Source: an uncultured bacterium
GTDB lineage: Bacteria > Fidelibacterota > Marinisomatia > Marinisomatales > UBA1611
Assembly: GCA_965660855.1 (NCBI GenBank)
Contig: CBFIBM010000006.1
Coordinates: 45,977-109,976, forward strand
Direction of reading: 5' to 3'
Length of the DNA: 64,000 bases
The notes below the pieces were generated by a model, which searched no databases, was not told where the DNA came from, and worked only from the letters and a program-made list of their open reading frames with translations. The number at the start of each line of letters is the position of its first letter. Position 1 is the stretch's first letter. The translations under genes were made by a program, and so were the position numbers. Below are positions 40,901 to 49,658 of the stretch, one piece after another.

Positions 40901-42555
40901 AAGAGACCTCCATAATAAGAGAATCTATATTCCTTTTTTCTAAAAGCTACATTATTGGCTTAAATGATATACCACTAAATGGTATTTGGGTATCTCTCAT
41001 TGATAATAAAGAAGGTAAAAGTGTTTTTAGGGTACTCATCAAAACAAGAACTTTTGGGACACACAATATAATAATCAATTTGAATAATGAATTAAGTAAA
41101 GAATTCATTGATGAAGAAACAAAATTATTAATTAAAATGAGTGCAGGTCTCGAAGAAAAATCACTAGTAGAAAATTTTGGTGGATTTTGGCCTGAATATG
41201 GAATTTATTCTGAAGAATTTGTCCAAGGCGAAACTGTAGAAAATTATCTTCAGAGAAATAAAAATGAGATTCAAGACATCTCTAAAGTAGATAGATGGCA
41301 AATGAGATGGCTACACTTTATTTGGAGTGGTATTCAAGCTTACCAAGAATTCTGGTTTAGATCTAATTTCCAATTTGCTATTCAACCTCCATCTATAGAA
41401 AATCTGATCATTCCACATCATGATTATAAAGTTGGTACTACATTAATTTCAATTTCAAATAGAAAAAAAGTTACATCAATTGCTGAACATTTTATTTTAC
41501 TTTACACAGATTACATCATTAAAACAGAGCGTCGCTTCCAAGGATTAAAAAAAATGTCTGATTGGGAGGTCATATTTACGGCTACTCTTGAAGCAATAAA
41601 GTTAAAAAAAGGAATAGAAGTATTAAAAAAACTTAAACTAGAGATTCAAAAAAGTGACATCGCTAAAAGAGCCAATGCAATTGGCCTTACTGAATTACGA
41701 ATCAATGAATTTTTAAATGATGTTGAAAAGTATGGAGTTTTAATAAAGCCCGTTATTTTTGCCTCTTTGAGATATGAAAGATGGCTAGAATTAAATCCAA
41801 ATGCAACCTTAAATGCTAGAGCAGCTATCTTACAAGAACTATATGGTGATTACAACCTAGATTATTTTGTTGATGATTATCCAGAAACACGAGTGCGGTT
41901 TTTTATGATGAACTGCTTTAAACATTCAAGCGAAGATTTAAAATCTAGTTTTCAAAAAATTATAAAAGATATGAGAGGAAAAGACCTAAGCCCTTGGAAT
42001 TTGCATGAAAGAATTGCTTTAATACAGTCTGAAATTAATCTAAATAAAACTGAAAATTTCTTTTTAGCAAGAATGTTATTTCCTCATGTAGATTCAGCCG
42101 AATATGTAGAACTCGTGACCACTCAGTATGGAAAAACAGAAAAATTAAATTTAGTGATGCAAACAGAATGTCTCGATGGAAAAATATATAATATTAGGCC
42201 TCCATTTATTCCAAAAGAAATTGCACATTTCCATACTATTCTGATAGAATCATCATTAAATATTACATTTACTTCCGAACATGATTTTCTTTTAGCATTT
42301 AATAATCGAAATAGAATTGCTGGCGGTTTATATTGGAAAAAAATTGATTATGAAACAGTTCATCTAGAATGGGTTGCAATAAAAGATAAATATCAGAAAA
42401 TATCTCTTAGTAAGCGTTTGATGTCAGAGTTTTTTAAAAGGAAAAAGCATCAAGGAATTAAAATTGTAACTGTAGGTTTTTATGCAGAAACTTTTTTCGC
42501 AAAACACGGTTTTAAAATTGATAAACGTTTTGCCGGGTTCGTAAGAAAAATTTAA
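37981..42555 (+). CDS. Long-chain acyl-CoA ligase-like adenylation domain fused to a large central region and a C-terminal GNAT domain
   Basis: YTSGTTDNPKG, LPLFH, GYGMTE, GWFHTQD, DRKKD; C-terminal V...YQKISLSKRLM...FFAKHGF. Confidence 0.8.
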   Translation: MESNLSHRINDAFKLAIKDKIEQNLLFELANDCIANQSDQESSHKFLELAHLSNVSNLINERNKTEEWFDIIHKIIVFSNFHFGFLLRQRSIKYKNKIALNLIKENKVVNISYEQLWMKVIEVEKAIRSMKNNRNNIGILSSNNLNGVLVDFSCLSFNHKVIPIPVNSTPEHILYIIDHSEIDIIFISGDNAVQFLNNYEIKKDIKIVYLDENYYTQNKLAALSWDAFIQKGDLLQNFDINKSLNQSEMGSVATIMYTSGTTDNPKGIIFNHTNLITKRFARAFALPNINSEDIFLCYLPLFHTFGRFFELMGSIFWGATYSFAQSPAFNTLLKDFKIIKPSIFISIPKRWVQLYELIQTKVDIDISDDKEIYKELTKITGGQLRLGLSAAGYLDPEIFNFFQNNKINLLSGYGMTEATGGITMTPENDYKENSVGKALPGVQLRLEKDGELCIKGPYVSSGYYKDNNSTLFKDGWFHTQDIFYEKLKHYFIVDRKKDIYKNSRGQTVAPQKIENLFQDFEYIQSVFLVGDGKEYNTLLIYPNYNHESHNLKNLNSQKIRNLFSSMILSVNSFLSPYERIVNYVVINRDFSNELDELTSKNTFKRKNILQNFKEIISPLYEKNYTSLYYNTKELRVPNWLLREIGFIKTNLNWDGVYLSIEGQNKKLIIRWNNRSIQIGDFFYENEIDILDIGRFIQEPNLWLGNFQFSDFTGNSIFRLKQSKNYKELNSIDIITGTSFGKVEIDRKNNDKLYQLHAIIRKFINDDSSVFDDLKKLIDVGLGTWDGVALKTFLRYQKHSNPYFRIKFLESIAPILSGDILIRSLNDSYEYQKSIDSTKGFSFDIKRTSEEHYQSFIKYLNKSIISISKKNEVEKDFIKIILLMVADFGISHPTKFVWARSELINWHLQSIPKPIYSTAQKAYYSLINGFRSWIGTSSSITVDFETGNEYGWKDVIQFDDNVRTDKKIKILKIFEETSIIRESIFLFSKSYIIGLNDIPLNGIWVSLIDNKEGKSVFRVLIKTRTFGTHNIIINLNNELSKEFIDEETKLLIKMSAGLEEKSLVENFGGFWPEYGIYSEEFVQGETVENYLQRNKNEIQDISKVDRWQMRWLHFIWSGIQAYQEFWFRSNFQFAIQPPSIENLIIPHHDYKVGTTLISISNRKKVTSIAEHFILLYTDYIIKTERRFQGLKKMSDWEVIFTATLEAIKLKKGIEVLKKLKLEIQKSDIAKRANAIGLTELRINEFLNDVEKYGVLIKPVIFASLRYERWLELNPNATLNARAAILQELYGDYNLDYFVDDYPETRVRFFMMNCFKHSSEDLKSSFQKIIKDMRGKDLSPWNLHERIALIQSEINLNKTENFFLARMLFPHVDSAEYVELVTTQYGKTEKLNLVMQTECLDGKIYNIRPPFIPKEIAHFHTILIESSLNITFTSEHDFLLAFNNRNRIAGGLYWKKIDYETVHLEWVAIKDKYQKISLSKRLMSEFFKRKKHQGIKIVTVGFYAETFFAKHGFKIDKRFAGFVRKI

Positions 42556-43070
42556 CTGTAAAGCATGAAATAGATGATTACACCTGTTATTGAAACATAA
42601 AGCCATATAGGAAATGTAATTTTAGCAATTTTTCGATGTTTATCTATTTGTGTATTCAGGCCTCTGTAAACTGTAAATAAAGCAAGAGGAATTATAATTG
42701 CAGCCAAAACTATATGAGTAAATAAAATTACAAAATAAATAGTTTCATAATTACCCGTATATAATCTTGGCCCGCTTTTAAACCAATGATATATCACATA
42801 TGAGACTAAAAAGAGAGATGAAGTTCCAAATGCAGTAAGCATTACTATCTTATGCTTTTCAATCATATTATTTCTTATTAAAAAATAACCAATCACTAAA
42901 AGAATTGTAGTAACTCCATTCAGTGATGCATTTACAATAGGAAGAAATGAAACATCCATACTCCCTTCAATTCCGTCTGGTCTTGGTCCTAAAATTAAAA
43001 AGGCAACAACCAAACTGATTACAATGGATATAACATAAATTATTCTTGTCCAAAAAGATTCATTTTTCAT
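42552..43070 (-). CDS. DUF420 (CtaM-like) oxidase assembly membrane protein
   Basis: NA.LN, H...M, HI.LA, HRKIA...P.WLYVS.TG. Confidence 0.85.
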   Translation of the reverse strand: MKNESFWTRIIYVISIVISLVVAFLILGPRPDGIEGSMDVSFLPIVNASLNGVTTILLVIGYFLIRNNMIEKHKIVMLTAFGTSSLFLVSYVIYHWFKSGPRLYTGNYETIYFVILFTHIVLAAIIIPLALFTVYRGLNTQIDKHRKIAKITFPIWLYVSITGVIIYFMLYS

Positions 43071-43948
43071 AATAGTTTATCTATAATTATTGTTAAAAAA
43101 AGTAAAGGCAAGTAAAAAACAGACATCTTTAAAAGAATTCTTGCATTATCAAAGGTATAGTTTCTCATCAATGGAATTCCTGATAATAAATATAGTAGAC
43201 CAAAACTTAGAGCACCCCAAAAATAAAAATTTCCTAAAATTCCATTGTAGTTCAACATAAGTGAAACAGGTATTAATAGTAGTGAGTGCCAGAAAATTTG
43301 TCTATTTGTTCTGCTCCCATTTGATTCTACTGCAGGTAGCATTTGCATATTTGCTTTTTTATAGTCTTCCTTGTACATTAGTGCAATTGCATAAAAATGA
43401 GGATGCTGCCACAAAAATAATATAGTAAATAATATCCATGCTTCTGGTTGAATTATACCTGAAGCTGCAGCCCAACCACCTAATGGAGGTATTGCTCCAG
43501 GTATCGCTCCAATTGATGTGTTCAACCATGTTATTTTTTTTAATGGAGTATATACAAAAAGATAGAGTATTGCAGTTAAAATAGATAAAACTGAGGTTAA
43601 TTTATTTATGAAAATAAAGAGTATAATAGAACCGAATAACACCAAGAAAACACCAAAAAACAACACAACTTTTGATTCAATCATTCCCGAGGGTATTGGT
43701 CTTAGTTTGGTACGATTCATTAAGCTATCAGTTTTAGCCTCTAAAAAATGGTTTAATGCTCCAGACCCGGAAGAAACAAAACTCGAACCAATTAATGTAA
43801 TAAACAGTTTAAAGTAATTAATATCCCCATCTGAACCTAAGTAAAACCCAAGTGCAGTAGATATCAAAATGAGAAAAGTTATACTCGGTTTGGTTAATTC
43901 ATAAAATGCATTAAAAAGAGAAGTTGCTTTTTTGGGGTTTCTTTTCAT
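43067..43948 (-). CDS. ctaB: Protoheme IX farnesyltransferase (heme o synthase)
   Basis: LTKP, D..M.RT..RP.P.G, YT.LK, GA.PP..GW, WQ.PHF. Confidence 0.93.
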   Translation of the reverse strand: MKRNPKKATSLFNAFYELTKPSITFLILISTALGFYLGSDGDINYFKLFITLIGSSFVSSGSGALNHFLEAKTDSLMNRTKLRPIPSGMIESKVVLFFGVFLVLFGSIILFIFINKLTSVLSILTAILYLFVYTPLKKITWLNTSIGAIPGAIPPLGGWAAASGIIQPEAWILFTILFLWQHPHFYAIALMYKEDYKKANMQMLPAVESNGSRTNRQIFWHSLLLIPVSLMLNYNGILGNFYFWGALSFGLLYLLSGIPLMRNYTFDNARILLKMSVFYLPLLFLTIIIDKLL

Positions 43949-44536
43949 TTAAGTTCTAATTTTTTTTACTAACCTGGTTATATCTTCTCTCAAAATTGAT
44001 ACACTAGCTTTATCTGTTCCATCGAAATATTTTCTAATTTTACCATTATCATCAATAAGAATGAATTTTATTGCATGACCACGAGGAAGTTCATCTGCAA
44101 AAAGCATAAAACCATCCTTTTTAAGTATTTTAATCGATTCCAAATCAGAAAATAGAAAATTCCATCTATCATCTTTAACACCATTTAAAGAAGCATATTC
44201 TTTAAGAATACTTTGAGTATCATTTTCAGGATCAACAGTAATCGAAATAAATTGAACTTCTGGAACTTTTTCAAAATCTTTATAAAGGGTCGACATATTA
44301 CTTGTCATCATTGGACATGGTCCTGGACAAGTTGTAAAAATAAAATCCAAAACTGTTATCTTATTATTCAATTCTTTATCAGTAAAATTTTTTCCATTTT
44401 GATTTTTAAAAGAAAATTCTGGTACTGATTTTATTATTGGTATTTCATAGGATGAATTTGCTTTATTTATAACCCAGGTTGCACCCAAGCCAAGAATTAA
44501 AATAGGAGTTAATATTAAAAATATGTTTTTATTCAT
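43949..44536 (-). CDS. SCO1/SenC copper chaperone
   Basis: FIFTTCPGPCP, TVDPE.D, His in RGHA. Confidence 0.88.
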   Translation of the reverse strand: MNKNIFLILTPILILGLGATWVINKANSSYEIPIIKSVPEFSFKNQNGKNFTDKELNNKITVLDFIFTTCPGPCPMMTSNMSTLYKDFEKVPEVQFISITVDPENDTQSILKEYASLNGVKDDRWNFLFSDLESIKILKKDGFMLFADELPRGHAIKFILIDDNGKIRKYFDGTDKASVSILREDITRLVKKIRT

Positions 44537-45464
44537 TTGTTATTTGTGATTTGTTCCAGAGTGAATATTGAATACTTACTAAACCAAGAATCCAAGAAGC
44601 TATCCACAAATGGAAAAGTTGTATTATGGGTACTATTTTAAAAAAAACCAACACTTCTCCAGAAATAATTTGAATAATTATAAGAAATAAAATTGATGAC
44701 GATATTTGAATCATTAAATTAGACGGAAAAATGGATTTTTTAATTATTTGGTACAAAATATAAATCGCTAAGAAAGTGATGAGAATACCCAGTATTGTAT
44801 GCATATACTTAAAAGGGCCAAGCATTTTCAACAAAAAAGTTGAATCTAAAGTAGGATTTTCTTTGTGTACCATCTCTAATCCGGCTCTTATTTCTGTACC
44901 AAGAATAACTTCAAATAGTAAAGCTGTTGATAACAGCAAGAATGTTTTTCCTAATTTTTCGGGGTATTTACTCTGTTTTTCAGCTGCTGGATTCTCCAAA
45001 TAATACACCTCTTGAGATGCATAAATAAGCAACATAACAATAATAAGAGCAAAAAGCAGGTGAAGGGTGATTGTAAATGGATTTAGAATCGTTTTCACCA
45101 ATACGGCTCCCAACCATCCTTCAAACAATGTCAATATAAATGCTAAACAAACAGCATTTCTTACTTTAGTTTCATTAGAATAATATTTAAACATAAGTAA
45201 CATGGTAAGTGTAATGGTCAATCCTACTAATGCACCAAACACTCTATTGGAATATTCAATCCAGGCTAAAACAATATTGAATTTTGAGGGATCAATGTGA
45301 TCAGGAAGCTGTTCAATGTTTGTTGGAGGTATCCAACGATCAAAACACTTTGGCCAATCTGGGCAACCCATACCTGCTCCGGATACACGGACAAGTCCAC
45401 CGATGAATATCAATAGATATGTCATCCCTGTAGACAAGTAAGCAAAAAATCGAAATAGTTTCAT
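44529..45464 (-). CDS. ctaA: Heme a synthase (COX15/CtaA)
   Basis: GG.VR..G.GMGCPDWPKC, WIEY.NR, conserved TM His residues. Confidence 0.85.
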   Translation of the reverse strand: MKLFRFFAYLSTGMTYLLIFIGGLVRVSGAGMGCPDWPKCFDRWIPPTNIEQLPDHIDPSKFNIVLAWIEYSNRVFGALVGLTITLTMLLMFKYYSNETKVRNAVCLAFILTLFEGWLGAVLVKTILNPFTITLHLLFALIIVMLLIYASQEVYYLENPAAEKQSKYPEKLGKTFLLLSTALLFEVILGTEIRAGLEMVHKENPTLDSTFLLKMLGPFKYMHTILGILITFLAIYILYQIIKKSIFPSNLMIQISSSILFLIIIQIISGEVLVFFKIVPIIQLFHLWIASWILGLVSIQYSLWNKSQITNE

Positions 45465-45603
45465 TTTCTTATTTTAAAATTAAGAACAATAATCATGTTT
45501 ATAACCTAACTTTTACACTTTATTAACAATATAACAATTGTTTAAGTTCAGATATAAAATTTCCAAGATTTATTAAAAATATATAATTATAATAGGATTA
45601 TAA

Positions 45604-46893
45604 GTGATTCTGAATAGGATTGAAATAGGGACTGAGTGCACCGTAAGAGAAACAGGCCTCAAAGGTATCTTAAAGAAGATATACTTTTATCCTACCAAAT
45701 ATGAAATTGAATTTTCTGATGGTAGCATTGACCATTATTCTTCTAAAGATATAGTGCTTCAAGGCATAACTCAAAAACCCGTTCAAAGACGTATTCCTGA
45801 TGCTCCAGAATATGGAATTCTTGAAGAATGGTCAGGAGGTTCTTTTTTTGAGAGCGAAAGTCTTACAGCATATCATTTTTCAACGACAAAAAAAATAATG
45901 TGGAAAATGCTTACGTCTATCGAAACTTACAATGTTTGGTTTTACGGAATCCAAAGAGCTCTTCCAGTTCTAGATTCTGAAAGGTATGTCCATAAATATT
46001 CTTTTAATCAGCTAGAGTTGAAACCCGGATCATTTTTTAAGATAAGACCTCGAACCATAGCTCCTTATTTTGACTGTAGAATCATGACTTATGAATTTGA
46101 GAAAAAATTTGGGTTCACTTTTCAAACGACACCATTTACAAATGAATATGTTCAATTTTCACTAGAAGAAACAAAATTAGGTGTCATAGTAACTTGTAGA
46201 AGATATTCTTCAGGTGGACTTTCATTTTTAAATCAAATGAACTGGAATGAAAAATCTAAGATTTTAAATAATTTGAATGAAATCATTCCTAAAGTCAATT
46301 TTTTAGAAAAAAAATCATCAGATATAGATGCAAATTTCCAAATAGGTTCAGATGTACCATCGCTATCTAAAGATGATATTGTTGCAGTTTTAGTGAATAA
46401 AGTATTAGATGGCGATACTGAAATAATGAATTTAGAAAGGAGCAAAGTTATACGAGGAAAGGCGAAAGCCATGATTGTAAAAATCAAAAGAGGGTCAGTT
46501 GAAAGACCTCCTATGCCTGAAATATCTGCAAATAAGCCCAGCACTTCAGGTGGTATTGAGTCTTTGTCAAAAGAAGATCAAATTTCATTCTACGTTAACA
46601 GTGGTTTAGATGGAGATATGGATAGTGTTAACAACCTCCAGGATAAAGTTCTCCGTGGAAAAGTCAAAGCCATGATTGTAAAAATCAAAAGAGGGTCAGT
46701 TGAAAGACCATCTATGCCTGAAACTAAAGATCAGAATTCTAAAAATAATATTGAAACTGACGAAGATAAAATTAAACGTCTGGTTTCTGATGGACTTCAA
46801 GGAGAAATGGATGAAATTAATAGTTTAGATGATCGTGTATTAAGAGGAAAAATTAAAGCCGCAATTGTAAAAGAGAAAAGAAAATCAAAATAG
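45604..46893 (+). CDS. Hypothetical protein: possible SRPBCC-like middle domain plus three C-terminal repeats
   Basis: W..LT..E.Y..W pattern; repeated L.G...N.L..+V+RGK.KA.IVK.KR. Confidence 0.65.
   Translation: MILNRIEIGTECTVRETGLKGILKKIYFYPTKYEIEFSDGSIDHYSSKDIVLQGITQKPVQRRIPDAPEYGILEEWSGGSFFESESLTAYHFSTTKKIMWKMLTSIETYNVWFYGIQRALPVLDSERYVHKYSFNQLELKPGSFFKIRPRTIAPYFDCRIMTYEFEKKFGFTFQTTPFTNEYVQFSLEETKLGVIVTCRRYSSGGLSFLNQMNWNEKSKILNNLNEIIPKVNFLEKKSSDIDANFQIGSDVPSLSKDDIVAVLVNKVLDGDTEIMNLERSKVIRGKAKAMIVKIKRGSVERPPMPEISANKPSTSGGIESLSKEDQISFYVNSGLDGDMDSVNNLQDKVLRGKVKAMIVKIKRGSVERPSMPETKDQNSKNNIETDEDKIKRLVSDGLQGEMDEINSLDDRVLRGKIKAAIVKEKRKSK
46465..46723 (+). repeat. Intragenic direct repeat: 44 bp identical copies (46465-46508, 46666-46709), period 201 nt
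   Basis: AAAGCCATGATTGTAAAAATCAAAAGAGGGTCAGTTGAAAGACC twice, each followed after 2 nt by CTATGCCTGAAA. Confidence 0.9.
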
Positions 46894-46894
46894 T

Positions 46895-47002
46895 ATGGAA
46901 AAAGAACCAAAAACTATTCTAACCAAAACTCAGGTCATATCAATGATCGCATGCACGGTATTATTATTAGTTTACATTTCATTAGTTACCTGGGTATTAT
47001 AG
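46895..47002 (+). CDS. 35-aa single-TM micro-protein
   Basis: MEKEPKTILTKTQVISMIACTVLLLVYISLVTWVL; 1 nt after the previous stop. Confidence 0.55.
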   Translation: MEKEPKTILTKTQVISMIACTVLLLVYISLVTWVL

Positions 47003-47149
47003 TTGTTTGATTGGTTAACTTTAGAATGGTTGATGATTAATCTAGAATGGGCGGTAGGTATCCTAGCTGTTGGATGTATCATACTATTTTTTTTCCCATT
47101 ATTACTTGGATGGCAGCTAAAAAAAAATGCAGATGATAAAAAATCATAG
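47003..47149 (+). CDS. 48-aa single-TM micro-protein (TTG start)
   Basis: MFDWLTLEWLMINLEWAVGILAVGCIILFFFPLLLGWQLKKNADDKKS; abuts the previous stop. Confidence 0.55.
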   Translation: MFDWLTLEWLMINLEWAVGILAVGCIILFFFPLLLGWQLKKNADDKKS

Positions 47150-47155
47150 GATTTT

Positions 47156-47290
47156 ATGGATGTAGTTCATTACCTACTTTTTTTAATTCTAATATTCGCT
47201 GTAACGTTTATATCAGAATTTTTTAAATTGAAAAGAGAGGTAAGAAAAAATTCAAATCTTATAAAAATGTTAAAGAAAAAAATTACTTAG
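47156..47290 (+). CDS. 44-aa single-TM micro-protein
   Basis: MDVVHYLLFLILIFAVTFISEFFKLKREVRKNSNLIKMLKKKIT; AGGA SD. Confidence 0.55.
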   Translation: MDVVHYLLFLILIFAVTFISEFFKLKREVRKNSNLIKMLKKKIT

Positions 47291-47376
47291 ACTTTATTAT
47301 AATCTAGATCACTTTTATTTTTGACCTTAGCAAAAAATTATTAATAAGTTCTTACCTATATATTAGTAGATAAAAA

Positions 47377-48258
47377 ATGGAAAATACACCAACAGTTGAT
47401 CACGAAAAAAGCGAATCGAGTAGAATTTATACCCTTTTCTATTCGTTTTTCTTGATTCCATTTATGATAGCGATATTTGGAGCAATTTTCTTTTTACTAT
47501 TTAGATTCATTACTTTTGAAACAGATGATGCTTCTGAACTTTTAAATCAGGTTAAAATTGGCTCTGCAACAAAACGTTGGCAGGCTGCTTATGAATTATC
47601 AAAAGTTTTAAATAACCCCAAAACAATTCCAACAGACGTTAGCTTCAAAAGCCAAATGGTATCAGCATATAAACATTCGATAAACGATGACCCTCTAGTC
47701 AGAGCCTACCTTGCAATTGCGATGGGTGCAACCAGTGATAATTTTTATTCAGAAGAACTAGTAGTCGGGCTGTTGGACGAATCCCGAGAGTCAAGACTAG
47801 CTGCAATTCAAGCGGTAGGAATGGTGAAAGCAAAAAATGCTCTAATTGAATTGACAAAAATTGTAAAAAATTCAGATTACCAAGACGAAAGATTAGCAGC
47901 AACTATGTCAATCGGTTTCATTGGCGATAATTCATCCATTCCCCTACTCAATAATCTACTTGAAGATGATGAGCCAAATATTAGATGGGATGCAGCAGTA
48001 GCTCTAGCGAAAATGGGCGAGAAATCTAGTGTCCCAATTATTGAAAATCTCATGGATAGAGAATATTTATCTTCATTTCCACAATTAGATTACAAAGAGG
48101 TTAACAAAGTACTTTTGATTGCAATTGAAGCATCAAAAATGATAAAAGATAACAGATTTGAATCTAAGTTGAATATATTAGCTGAATCAGACGAAAATAT
48201 GAAAATTCGTGATGCAGCAATGAAAACTTTAAAAAATTCATATAACAAGGTCATATAA
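47377..48258 (+). CDS. Membrane-anchored HEAT-repeat protein
   Basis: N-terminal TM; repeated R..AA..LG, IRWDAAVALAKMG; 1 nt before the Rieske gene. Confidence 0.8.
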   Translation: MENTPTVDHEKSESSRIYTLFYSFFLIPFMIAIFGAIFFLLFRFITFETDDASELLNQVKIGSATKRWQAAYELSKVLNNPKTIPTDVSFKSQMVSAYKHSINDDPLVRAYLAIAMGATSDNFYSEELVVGLLDESRESRLAAIQAVGMVKAKNALIELTKIVKNSDYQDERLAATMSIGFIGDNSSIPLLNNLLEDDEPNIRWDAAVALAKMGEKSSVPIIENLMDREYLSSFPQLDYKEVNKVLLIAIEASKMIKDNRFESKLNILAESDENMKIRDAAMKTLKNSYNKVI

Positions 48259-48259
48259 A

Positions 48260-48814
48260 ATGTCAGATAAAAAAATAATTCCCAATGCTTCAATAGGATC
48301 TTCAGCTGAAAATTCATTCAAAAAGTCAGAAACTTCACGCCGAGGATTCCTCAGTTGGTTAACCGTTGGATGGGCTGCCTATATCGGAGTTACAGGTGGT
48401 TTTTTCACAGTAATCATTAGGTTCCTTTTTCCAAATGTACTTTTTGAGCCACCGCAAACTTTTAAAATTGGATACCCTGACGACTTTGCAGCTAACAGCG
48501 TTGATATTAAGTTTAAGAAAGAATTTAATGCATGGGTTGTTCGCGATGAGGAAAGTATTTTTGCATTATCCACAGTATGTACACATCTGGGATGTACTCC
48601 AAATTGGCTTCCTGTTGAATCAAAGTTTAAATGTCCATGTCATGGAAGTGGTTTTAGAATGACAGGTATCCATTTTGAAGGACCTGCGCCTAGGCCGTTA
48701 GAACGCTTCAAAGTTAGTTTAGCAAATGATGGTCAGATCTTAGTAGATAAAACAAAAAGTTTTAAATGGGAAAAAGGCGAGTGGGAAAATCCTGAATCTT
48801 TCCTAAAAGTTTAA
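48260..48814 (+). CDS. qcrA: Rieske Fe-S subunit of a Rieske/cytochrome b complex
   Basis: Tat motif SRRGFL; CTHLGC and CPCHGS; GPAPRPL. Confidence 0.93.
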   Translation: MSDKKIIPNASIGSSAENSFKKSETSRRGFLSWLTVGWAAYIGVTGGFFTVIIRFLFPNVLFEPPQTFKIGYPDDFAANSVDIKFKKEFNAWVVRDEESIFALSTVCTHLGCTPNWLPVESKFKCPCHGSGFRMTGIHFEGPAPRPLERFKVSLANDGQILVDKTKSFKWEKGEWENPESFLKV

Positions 48815-48852
48815 ACATTTTCATAATATAATAGTAATATTAAAGATTAATA

Positions 48853-49647
48853 ATGGCTAAAAAAGAAAGTAAAAAATCAATATTGGACGTTCTTGGTGAG
48901 TCTCAAGTATGGAAATCCATAATACGATCAGGGATTCCAAGAACCAGACGTCAAAGAATGCACGCAATTTTAGGAAGTGTATTTCTACACTTGCACCCAG
49001 CAAGATTACCCAAACATGCAGTAAAAGTCGGTTACACTTGGTGCATGGGTGGACTATCATTTTTCTTGTTTGTTAATCTAACAATAACAGGGATTCTTTT
49101 AATGTTTTACTACCGTCCTACGGTTGAATATGCGTATACCGATATTATTGATTTAGCAGAACAAGTTCCCTTAGGTATCATGAGAGAATTGCATAGATGG
49201 GCAGCTCATTCTATGGTTTTAGTTGTATGGCTACACATGCTTAGAGTATTCATGACTGGCTCCTATAAGCCACCACGAGAATTCAACTGGGGTGTAGGAG
49301 TCTTACTTATGACCCTCACCATGTTTCTATCCTTCACTGGATATCTTTTACCGTGGGATCAGTTAGCAATTTGGGCAGTCACAGTAGGGTCCAACATGGC
49401 CAGAGCTCATCCATTTATTGGGCATGAAGGTCCCGGAGCTAGTCTTTTAGCAATTGGAGATATCAATTTAGTTCACATTGGGTCAGACGTTAGATTTGCT
49501 CTAATCGGAGGACGGTTCGTTGGAGAAGCGACATTACTAAGGTTTTATGTTATCCATTGTATTGCAGTACCATTTATTATGATGATCTTCATGGCTGTAC
49601 ATTTTTGGCGAATCCGGAAAGATGGTGGAATATCGGGACCATTATAA
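48853..49647 (+). CDS. petB: Cytochrome b6-type (split cytochrome b, N-terminal part)
   Basis: WCMGG, R.LHRW..H, HM.RVF, TGYLLPWDQ, RFYVIH. Confidence 0.9.
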   Translation: MAKKESKKSILDVLGESQVWKSIIRSGIPRTRRQRMHAILGSVFLHLHPARLPKHAVKVGYTWCMGGLSFFLFVNLTITGILLMFYYRPTVEYAYTDIIDLAEQVPLGIMRELHRWAAHSMVLVVWLHMLRVFMTGSYKPPREFNWGVGVLLMTLTMFLSFTGYLLPWDQLAIWAVTVGSNMARAHPFIGHEGPGASLLAIGDINLVHIGSDVRFALIGGRFVGEATLLRFYVIHCIAVPFIMMIFMAVHFWRIRKDGGISGPL

Positions 49648-49658
49648 GGAATTATTAA

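Noticed and set aside
46465..46723. CRISPR array or mobile-element repeat
   Set aside because: Only two copies, in frame inside a CDS, 201-nt period, no cas or transposase genes
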